Positions 37,301 to 47,600 of a stretch of DNA of 56,511 bases are shown piece by piece. The stretch covers positions 1 to 56,511 of the forward strand of contig NIVC01001108.1 of assembly GCA_002269645.1 (NCBI GenBank), given 5' to 3'. Each line of letters opens with the position of its first letter. The first letter of the stretch is position 1. This stretch comes from Macrostomum lignano. Taxonomy: Eukaryota. The notes under the pieces were generated by a model. The model was given only the letters and a program-made list of their open reading frames with translations. It was not told the origin of the DNA and searched no databases. The translations under genes and the position numbers were made by a program.

Positions 37301-40300
37301 AGTGCAATAATCCTTGGTTGATCAAGTGCAATAATCCTTGGCTTATCAAGTGCAGTAATCCTTGGTTTATCAAGTGCAGTAAGAGGGTTTATCAAGTGCA
37401 GTAAGTTCTGGTCTATCAAGTGCAATAATCCTTGGCTTATCAAGTGCAGTAATCCTTGGCTTATCGAGTGCAATAATCCTTGGCTTATCAAGTGCAATAA
37501 TCCTTGGTTTATCAAGTGCAGTAATCCATGGCCTATCAAGTGCAATAATCCTTGGTTTATCAAGCGCAGTAATCCTTGGCTTATCGAGTGCAATAATCCT
37601 TGGTTTATCAAGTGCAGTAATCTTTGGTTTATCAAGTGCAGTAAGTTCTGGTCTATCAAGTGCAATAATCCTTGGCTTATCAAGTGCAATAATCCTTGGT
37701 TTATCAAGTGCAATAATCCTTTGCTTATCAAGTGCAACAATCCTTAGTTTATCAAGCGCAGTAATCTTTGGCTTATCAAGTGCAATAATCCTTGGTTTAT
37801 CAAGCGCAGTAATATTTGGCTTATCAAGTACAATAATCGTTGGCTTATCAAGTGCAATAATCCTTTGCTTATCAAGTGCAACAATCCTTAGTTTATCAAG
37901 CGCAGTAATCTTTGGCTTATCAAGTGCAATAATCCTTGGTTTATCAAGCGCAGTAATATTTGGCTTATCAAGTGCAATAATCCTTGGCTTATCAAGTGCG
38001 ATAATCCTTTGCTTATCAAGTGCAATAATCCTTGGTTTATCAAGTGCAGTAAGGGGGTTTATCAAGTGCAATAAGTTCTGGTCTATCAAGTGCAATAATC
38101 CTTGGCTTATCAAGTGCAATAATCCTTGGTTTATCAAGTGCAATAATCATTGGTTTATCAAGTGCAATAATCCTTGGTTTATCAAGTGCAGTAATCCTTA
38201 GCTTATCGAGTGCAATAATCCTTGGCTTATCAAATGCAATAATCCTTGGTTTATCAAGTGCAATAATCCTTGGTTTATCAAGTGCAGTAATCCTTAGCTT
38301 ATTGAGTGCAATAATCCTTGGCTTATCAAGTGCAGTAATCCTTAGTTTATCAAGCGCAGTAATCTTTGGTTTATCAAGTGCAATAATCCTTGGCTTATAA
38401 TCCATAATCCAGGTCTTTTATATTAGTTTTTTAATAAAAGCTTTCAATAAAAAAAATTGCTACTTTTATTCTTTTATACACTACTAAGAATCAAACCCAG
38501 GTAGCTGCATTAGCAGTCCAGTGTGTTTACATCTAGGCTAGCACTCATTGAAATTATAAATGAATTTGTAGCACTTATAATTCAACACTCACACCAAGTC
38601 AATTGAGTAAAAGTTACACGAGGCAGTTTTGACATAATCAATTTCTTAGGCAAGTCAGTACCAGTCTATTAAAGTTAGCAATATGGTTACGCAAGATAAA
38701 TCAAGTATTGTGCTATGCTTCCACACTGCGTTTTCGATACTGTGACGTAATTTAATTCAGTGTCAAAATTCAACTAGTACACAGACGATGAATAAAAGCC
38801 TATTGTGATGATGCAATCTATTTCAGAATCAGAATTCAACCAGTCAGTTTTTTTTTTCTCTAGCATTCTTACAATGCATTTCAAGTCGAAAGAGCTGCTT
38901 GACCTTTGCAAAAAAGCATGTTTTTTGAATATTTAATCCCTTTAGCATCGAGCAACTTCTTAGCCACAATGCATGTACCGTCACGGAAAAATTTCTGATT
39001 GAACAGTGCAAGTTCAAAGAAAATTGGTTGAGCTGTTTTTGCTAAAATCGATCACACACACACACATACCGACAGACCATTTTTAGTATATGGATAGAAT
39101 ATAGTAATATTGGGGTCTCTATGAATATACATTGATACTTAGTGCAACATGCAAAATTTTCAAATGGTCTAGTGCATGTTGTGACACTTTCCTGGCTATA
39201 GGTTTAAGTGGATAAACTATTTGCCATAGCATAGACCTCTGGCAAACAAACTGACAATAGACAAAACAATCTATACTAAAATTAATAATTCTTATACAGG
39301 GTGGCCCACATAATATACCTAATATAAAATGTTATAACTTTTGTCATTTGCAACTTATGTTGACAAAATTTTAACATAAGGTTGCTGGAAGATAGCCTTT
39401 TTTGTCACAAAAGGGGGGTTTAATGTGTGCTGCGCTAGTGCATTCTAGCACAAAAGCATACAAGGAAGAAAAATCTGACGCAGTACAGCACAAGACAAAA
39501 AATTGGCACAATTTGATGCAATAAAAAACTTCTAACAAGACAATATTTTATTTGACAGAAAATTAAGCATGTACAAATATAGAATTTCTTGTTATTAGCA
39601 CTTTTTGTTTGCCAATATATTGATCGCTTTTAATTAATTTACATTAACATTGCATTTTCTATGAAACAGATTCAAATACAAGTTTTACCAGTATTTTTCA
39701 AACAGAAAATTATTGATTTTTGCATTTTTTCTCAGAGTTGTGGTACATGGTACAAGAAAACTTATTTGATAGGAATAGTTCCGGTGCATGGTACAAGCAA
39801 ACTTTTTTGATAAGATTTCTTCTGGCAAATAGCACAATCAAACTTTTTTGATTGAAATCATTCCAGTGCAGGCATGCCATGATCCTGACTATGGGGTTGC
39901 TATCCAGATGCTGGAAAGGGAGCAAATGTTTGCAGGCAAACTTCTGGTAGGCAAACATTGGTAGGCAAACTTCCGGCATACAAATGACCCCTTACAAAGT
40001 TTGCATACAAATGACCCCTCACAAAGTTTGCATACAAATGATCCCTACAAAGTTTGCATACAAATGATCCCTACAAAGTTTGCATACAAATTCCTGCAAA
40101 TTTTATTGGCATACAAATTTTAGTGCCCAAATTCATGCCAATTTTTTGGTGTTCCATGTAAATTAATGTTTTTACATAAAATAAAGGAAAATTTATATAG
40201 TCTAGAAAGTTGGTAATAAACTTTTTGCTTTTTTTAAAATTAATAATAAATAAAATTAGTGTAAATGATTGCTAAGAATGTAAACTTTGCATTATTATTT

Positions 40301-42061
40301 CTGTAGGTTTAATTTAAATTTGTTTAAAATGAAAATATTTTAAATATTTTATAGACTTTTTATACAAAAGCCTTTCTTTGGAAACTCTAGGCCTATTCGT
40401 GAAAATTGAATGACATTTTTTAAGAATTTTTTTTTGTTTTTGGCATACATTTACCTGAGATAAGGATTCTGATTCTTGTTCCAGTATACACTACTACACA
40501 ATTTGGACCCTGGGTTGCCATATGTATACCATTATATTTGCAAAATTTATATATGCAAGCAAGCACTTACATACAATGTTAAAATTTTGTCAGCATTGGT
40601 TGCATACTGGTATGCGGATCATGTACCCATATACGCCAGAAAAAATTCGGTCGTCAAAGACTTTGTATGCCAGTATATGCCAAAAACAAAAAGTTGCACT
40701 AAAGTGTATAACAAAAATTCCTAAAAAAGGTCATTTGGTTGTCATGAGTAAAGTTTTCTAAGAAAGGCTTTTGTATAAAAAATGTTTTTACAATATTATG
40801 AATTGTTTCAATTTTAACAAACTTAAATTATACCTACAAAAAATATGATGCAAAATTAATACTCTTAGCAAAAATTTACACTAATTTTATTTATTTTTAA
40901 TTTAAAAGAAGCAAACTGACATATAAATTTTCCTTTATTTTACATAAAAACGTTAATTTACATTATAATTTTCATGCATGGCATGAATTTTTTTCACCAA
41001 AATTTGTACGCCAAAAAAGTATGCGTGGCTGTGTTACTTGTGTACGTCAATAGTGTATACCAACAAAGTGCGCCAGGGGTTGTGTATGCCAATTGTGTAT
41101 GCCAAGGACTTAGGGTGGCCGTTTTGTATGCTGGAAAGTTCCATGCATACTATCTGCAACCTGGGTTGTATATAACAAAAGTTATTAACATTTTAAATCA
41201 AACATAATGAACCAAAGCTGGCTATAAGAAATTATGTCAAATGACAAATATAACAAATAGTCATATGCAGAAAACCACTACTCATTCCAGACTCAGGGCA
41301 TCAAAATCCCCTTTCACCTTTAATTTATAATTATTTCCATATATGCACTCTGCTAAAATGATCCCAAACCAAAGCTGGTAATATTACCTTTACTTTAAGG
41401 CCTAAGTGCATATATGCATTATGTACAATATTAATTTTAACCCAGCTTTGGTTCACAATCATTTTTATATGCATTACACATTCAAATGATTATATACCAA
41501 AGCTGATATATAAGCATCATCCAACAAACAGCACTTTGTATTTAGCATATTTTATTTAGTATTTTTAGTTTTTTAGTTTTGAACATACCATTTTTGCATT
41601 GCAATGAGCAAATTATAAGTTCATTGTAAAACAAAATGGGCAAAATAGAAGGTGATTGTAAACCCAAGGAATGCCTAAAGTTATTGTTTTACTTTAAATC
41701 AGGTGCATTTTGTGGGCCACCCTTTATATATAAAATATAGCACCATAACACAACAACAAAGACAAGATTGCAAGAATTGATATTTAATTCAATAGGCTAG
41801 TGTTTTATAATTACAATCAATTTCATTAATACACATTTTGGTACAGTTATGACTAGCTAGTCTCTACTCTAGGCTTAATATTAATAAATAGTTAGTTTGA
41901 ACTTGTATTGTAGAATGAAGCTGATAAACAGGATTCGGATTTTAAAACAAGGTCAAAAGAATACTTAGGTGTAGCTAGTTTAGACATACTTAAAAAACTA
42001 AGATATAAAAACTCATAGATAGAAACACTTACCGATTAACAACCTTCGAAGCCTTTTTCAT
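24954..42061 (-). CDS. Multi-C2H2/C2HC zinc-finger protein, 9 exons, ~1060 aa, ~12 fingers; one apparent -1 frameshift at ~29613
   Basis: Exons 42061-42033, 33868-33334, 32572-32030, 31164-30447, 29739-29388, 28019-27778, 26891-26672, 26462-26286, 25325-24954; canonical GT..AG with matching phases (2,0,0,1,0,2,0,0) if one base is restored in exon 5. Fingers e.g. CPICSLKLSSSRSLDQHIVASH, CLECDSTFETYISLRRHVKAEH, CDFCGETCHNKLELGRHLQSH; last finger CANC..HVDAC is assembled across a splice. Exon 1 is less certain than the rest. Confidence 0.85.
25360..26172. repeat. 28-bp minisatellite (GGAGGCTGGCCCAGCAACTGAGGATCTG), ZF intron 8
   Basis: Direct; same family as 45415-45685. Confidence 0.97.
26900..27660. 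repeat. 42-bp (2x21) minisatellite (GATCCCTAATCCTATTGCTTAGATCAATAATCCCAAGATCTG), ZF intron 6
   Basis: Direct. Confidence 0.95.
28045..29378. repeat. Compound array: (GATA)n, then GACA/GGCA mosaic, then 40-bp higher-order unit; ZF intron 5
   Basis: Direct. Confidence 0.95.
29800..30390. repeat. 24-bp minisatellite (GACAGACTCCAAGACAGGCTTAGA), ZF intron 4
   Basis: Direct. Confidence 0.95.
31245..31820. repeat. GACA-derived composite minisatellite (GGCAGATGGACAGAC...), ZF intron 3
   Basis: Direct. Confidence 0.9.
32670..33298. repeat. 21-bp minisatellite (ATTCCTAGAATTGGGATCAGG), ZF intron 2
   Basis: Direct. Confidence 0.93.
34246..34310. repeat. (CT)n microsatellite
   Basis: Direct. Confidence 0.9.
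35195..35635. repeat. 41-bp minisatellite (AGCAAGCATCCCCCAAATATTGTAGAAGCATCCACCCAGAT), ZF intron 1
   Basis: Direct. Confidence 0.92.
35700..38400. repeat. 21-bp satellite (TTATCAAGTGCAGTAATCCTTGG core), ~2.7 kb, ZF intron 1
   Basis: Direct; about 125 units with higher-order blocks. Confidence 0.97.
39297..41724. mobile_element. Putative non-autonomous Tc1/mariner-type element (TA-flanked TIRs) with nested long inverted repeat
   Basis: TA|CAGGGTGGCCCACA at 39295-39310 and TGTGGGCCACCCTT|TA at 41711-41726 (13/14 match); internal inverted arms ~40105-40447 and ~40676-41030; no transposase ORF seen. Confidence 0.55.
39980..40090. repeat. Short 25-27-bp tandem repeat (CAAATGA[C/T]CCC..ACAAAGTTTGCATA), 4 copies
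   Basis: Direct. Confidence 0.85.
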
Positions 42062-44309
42062 TGTTTCTAGAAAATTAAGTGAACTCAAGTAAGCACTATT
42101 ACGGGATAACGATTTCTATAACGATTTACGACAATAAAAATGGTTGAATGCTCGTTAATTTACGCTACAAAAAACGATTCGGATTTTTTGCTAAAGACCG
42201 AAAATAAAGTTGCAAAACTTGCTTTTATTGCTGGTTCCTATATGGGAATAAGTTATTTACAGCATTTTATGCATTTTTTTAGTTTTTAACAAAAAGCAGA
42301 CATAAGGAGAATTTACTTTGTTTAACTGCGGTAAAAGAAGTTTTTTTCAAACCATTTTGTAGCTAACATTTTAAATCCTATTTTTAATAGCATTTCTGGT
42401 AACCTTTCGAACTTTAATCTCATTTGATACAATAAAAAGATGACAAAACGTAACAGTCAAAGTTATTGAGGAACGTTTTAAAAAATGAAGTATCTGATCA
42501 TAACTTTAATATGGCAGCAAAAAACCAGATAGATAGACTTATTCACCAAATTGAATTCTGAATTTACAGAACCGGGAAATTGATGTGGGCAATTGTCAAT
42601 TGAGTTAAATAATCGGCTGGTTCTCACTGATAGCTGTGCTAGTGATATTATTAATGCTTTCTGTTGCTTCGAGTTTATCACTTGTTACCATATTTCTAAC
42701 TGATTCGGAGCATAAGGAAGCACGCAGTGCGGGTAGGTTTGGTGCAATGCAAGAAAATCCAGAAATTTGTCGTACAACAATACCACAAACAAATTGTTCT
42801 AAGATTGATGGGCTGTCTACTGCGGTGAATTGGTGGCTGGTACATTGTGTTTAACCGTCCATATTACAATGTACTTTGTATGCTCTTGCTAAATGACAAA
42901 TTAAACTGTCTATTCTTTAATTTGTCTCATGAATTGCAAATGCGCATGTATTTCTATAAATGGCCAACTATAGTGTCAAGTACGTACAAAATGATTTATA
43001 CAAAAAATGAGCGTACTACGTGTGACATAGCTAGCAACCTATATACATGTATAGAATGCACCAATTTCCTAATATTTTCGTTATTGTTTTACTGCTGCAG
43101 GTGAAAAGCTCTATGCTTTTTCAGTCAAGTGTTTTAGTGCTGACTTGTATACTGCATCTGCATGTACATGTATACGTTCAAACCAAGCATGCTGTGCGAC
43201 TTGTTTATATGCTGTAATTGCAGTCGAATAGTAGTTTAACCTTTTGGGTTCCAACACAATTGCAGTTATGCTGTAATATATACTACGTCGCTGAGATTTG
43301 TAGATGCTCCTGCTAATACACTTTGATGAGAAGAGGACATTAGACATCGTCTAAGTGTCCTAAATATAATTTATTACATTCATAATTAATTGAATGGATA
43401 CCCTGCGAATTAAAACAAAAAATACAAATGTGTCTTTTTGAATTATTTATCATTTATAAATGTATAAATGGCTTTTTAACTAATAAACTGATTAAAAATA
43501 CATCTGGATCAAAAGCTTAGTAAAACTAAACAATCAAATTTCATTGACAAATTTAAGCTGTCGAATTTTGTAAATTTAAAAATGTTTATTATTTAAAACA
43601 AAATACGTTAACCTGATAAATAACGACTAGAGTTACAAAGTTTTGAAAACACAGTTTAAAGCCTTTAAAAATGTAGTACATGTATAATTAAAGTTGAGAT
43701 ATTGATAATTGTACATATTTTTGCACTATGTCAGATTGCTTTTTATGATAAAAATGAAAACGATGTGTTATAAATATTGTGTTACTCTTTAAACACGTGT
43801 CGGTTTAGATAAACAAATTGCTTGTAAAACAAATAAAATTTATAGGTAATTATTACATTTTTGAAATGTCAATAGCCTGGAATGTTTCAAACCGCGGTTA
43901 ACAACAGTCAATCATTTATCGCAAAAATTCATAGGGTTATTGTTTAAAAAATTGCACAAGCAGACATACAGTAAATAACTTAAAAAGGAATGCAATATTA
44001 ATAAACGACAAACTGTGAGTTGGATCAAGCAACAGTAATTGTGACGCAACACAATGTAAATAAATACCATTACATATTTATGCGTATTAATGATTTTATG
44101 ATAAATTATAAATATGAATGTTATGACAGTGATACAACAATAGATAATATTGTGCTTGTTATGTAATCAGAAGTGTCGCATCTTCGCACGTTCGCATCGC
44201 ATCTTCGCACGAGTTGTTAATTGCCAAGCGTGACAAAAATACACCCAGGTAAATTTAAAACGGAATCAGAGCTACAGGAGATACAGTATTACGAAGCAGT
44301 TTTGAGGAG

Positions 44310-44545
44310 ATGCAGGTGAGACAGTAGAGGCTTCCAGGTAAGATAACAGATTTTCAGATGAGACGTAGCCTTCCAGGTGAGACAGTATAGGGACTTCCAG
44401 GTGGAAAAGTACAGAGACTTCCAGGTGAGACAGTATAGAGACTTCCAGGTGAGACAGTAGGGGACTTCCAGGTGAGACAGTAAGGGACTTCCAGTTGAGA
44501 CAGTAAGGGACTTCCAGGTGAGACAGTAAGGACCTCCAAGTAAGA
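44310..44545. repeat. ~23-24-bp minisatellite (ACTTCCAGGTGAGACAGTAAGGG) downstream of the 4TM gene
   Basis: Direct. Confidence 0.85.
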
Positions 44546-44638
44546 CCATTCTTTGTGTTATTCAGAAAAAATCACGTCAAACATTGCTTTAACCAAATAG
44601 ATTCAATATTAATTTAGAGTGCAGTCATTCCCCAGGCA

Positions 44639-47600
44639 TCAAGCCTGTGCGTACACATCCGAAGCGGCATAAGAGCCAATGGCCGAATATGGATTTCCGC
44701 CGTGCATCAGAAACTGCTGCTGCTGCTGCTGCTGCTGCTGAGCATCAATATTAATTGGGTCGTCGCCATTGCCAAAAGCGGCTTTGTCGCCTGAACTGCT
44801 GCCAAGTTCGGTGTCAATCTCGCATGCGTAGGAATATATTACTAGACAGAAGCCCACCTGCGTGAAGAGACAAAACCATACAGAATAATGAGGCTGAGCG
44901 ATACGGTTGGCATATCAATGAAGGTAGGTCTAGTGGCACATTCGTGGGGTAGACAGTGACACATTAGGAAAGACAGTGACATATTAGGGAGCACAGTGGC
45001 ACATTAGGGATGACAGTGACATATTAGGGAGCACAGTGGCACATTAGGGATGACAGTGACATATTAGGATTTAGGAAAGACAGTGACACATTAGGGATGA
45101 CAGTGACACAAAAGGGAAGACGGTGACATATTAGGGAAGACTAGTAGTGAGAGTAGTGACGCACACCAACCCAATAAAGGCAGCAAAAAAGGTCAAAGCT
45201 CGCGATGGCGATGCACTTACATTGCACAGAAATCGAATAATGTAGAAGAGATTCTTCCACACCAGAAACGGTAGGCGCTGAAGCGATTAATGATAGAAAA
45301 TACCTTTAGAAAGTATATTTCGATACGAAAATCAATATACTTTACTTTCGATAACCAGAAAGTTTCGTTAAAGGAAGACAGACAGCAGGGGATATAAAAG
45401 TGGTGGTGGTCCAGAAACTGAGGATCTGGGAGGCTGGCCCAGCAACTGAGGATGTGGGAGGCTGGCTCAGCAACTGAGGATGTGGGAGGCTGGCCCAGCA
45501 ACTGAGGATCTGGGAGGCTGGCCCAGCAACTGACACTCTGGGAGGCTGGCCCAGCAACTGAGGATCTGACAGGCTGGCCCAGCAACTGACACTCTGGGAG
45601 GCTGGCCCAGCAACTGAGATTCTGGGAGGCTGGCCCAGCAACTGAGGATCTGGGAAGCTGGCTCAGCAACTGAGGATCTGGGAGACTGGCAAGGGCCAAG
45701 AAACTAAGAAAGACAGCAGCAATAAATAGATAAATGCAGTTAAAAAGGTTTTTCTAACAGCTTCGATTGCTAATAAATACTGAAATAGTAGTCGTAGATA
45801 AGATCATATGTAAATTGAATTTTAGCTAACTTACCCATCCAGCAAGGCCATACCAGGAATATACATAGCAGCTGATGCCCAGTTCAACAAGAATATAGAT
45901 GCTCAATAAAATGTAGAATCCTTTCAGAGCTGGTAGTAGATCATAAATTTTCTAAAAAATATGGTAGGCAGATGACAAAATATTGGCTTGAACAATTTAG
46001 AGTATAATATTTTAAAGTTATCAACAGTTAATGAAACCAGAATGCTTCAGAATGCTTACATAGACTCTTGGGCGCAGGATGGCCACCAGCATATAAACAG
46101 CAATGACAATGATAATAATGTGGGCCAAAGTCACGATGCCATCGCAGATGGAAAAACCTTTCCAAAACAGTCTCTTCCAGAATGATCGAAATGCTCCATG
46201 AATTTCAAACTTGAGATTCTCATTGTAGGTTAGCCAGTCAAGGAACACGGTGACTAGCTCAACAAATGCAGTGATCTAAAGAATAAAATGAAATTCAAAC
46301 ATAATAAATTTTTGATATTTTATCAAATGACAATTGATTTTTATAAAATTTTAACCATTTCTTTTTTTCATAATTATAAACCAAAACTTCTATGCATTGT
46401 GAAATTTTATAAATCTTTAAAGCAAAAAGTCCAAGGTTTAATTCTCTATGATAAATCACTATTATCATTGAGATCCTTAAACTATAAACCTTATAAAAAC
46501 CCAAAATCTTTATAATTACAAAATTCTAAAGTTAATTTTCTAGGCCAATTTCAATAAGAGTGTCCTATATAGACATGCTTGGATGCATTTTAAATGCAGA
46601 GTTTTTTGTCAATATCATGGTGCTTGTGACATTGTCAGTTTAAAGTGGTCCCGTAAAAGGGCCGTTGGACTGCAGCTCCTCTACAATTCCTCCAATCGTT
46701 TATTTTAACGTTTACTTGTAGTAGTGCCCAACGAATCTGTGCCTATTGCTAATTCACTGCGCGTTTTGCTATCCTTTCATGCGACCGTAGAAAACTGGCA
46801 CGATCGATAATTTTAAGTTCTTTAGCCAGCCAATGAAAACCGCTCGTGCTTCGCGCTACCCCCCTCTGCGTTCCTTTATTAAACCCTGCCTGGTGGGCTG
46901 GGGGCCTCCTCCCTGTCTAGCCTGTTTAGCTGTTTAGGCTTCTTGGCCTCTTGGCGTCTTGTTTTCCTTTTCTTGTCTGGCTGCCTTGAGCCTCCTTATC
47001 TCTCGCCACGGCCCCTCTGTCTGGGCTAGCCTGTTTACACACTACTTCACTGTGTTCCACCATGGCTAACGCCAATCTCGCCACTACTCATCTGCCTACC
47101 TACTGCTACTCACTGCCTTCACCGTGCTCATCGCCATTGCTGATCACGTTGCGTTGCCACCGCATCATTCGCCTGCCACTGACTTCATATTCTATTGCCT
47201 TCAAAACCATTGTTGCAGCCGCCAGTGCCCAGAACGCTATAAGCTTGCATTGACATTAGTAACCAAGTAAATATTGATCTCGACAATAAAACAACCACGG
47301 CAGTTTCCTGCCCTTATCGCCAAGTGCTCCGCTACACAATCCGCTTTATAAGAATTGACTTCAATTCATTTTGGGACTACGACTTACAGCAACTCTCATC
47401 AAAATGGCCCTTTTAAGGGTCATAGCCATAGCCGCTACACCAATAATCGTGACAGTGCTATTTGCAACCTTGGGCCCAAAATCAGGGTGCCAAATTAGAA
47501 ATCAGGGTGCCAATTGGCACTGGTCAGAGTTTTAGTTTAAGAATTTAAATTTAATGCTTAATTTTTACACTTTTACAAAGTCAATACATAGTATACATTA

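Noticed and set aside
35120-38405. LLHLINQG / TALDKPRI ORFs that look leucine-rich
   Set aside because: 21-bp satellite translations; not LRR proteins.
46650-47419. Possible MITE bounded by CCCGTAAAAGGGCCGTT / AATGGCCCTTTTAAGGG
   Set aside because: Only 16/19 inverted identity and no TSD found; may be chance.
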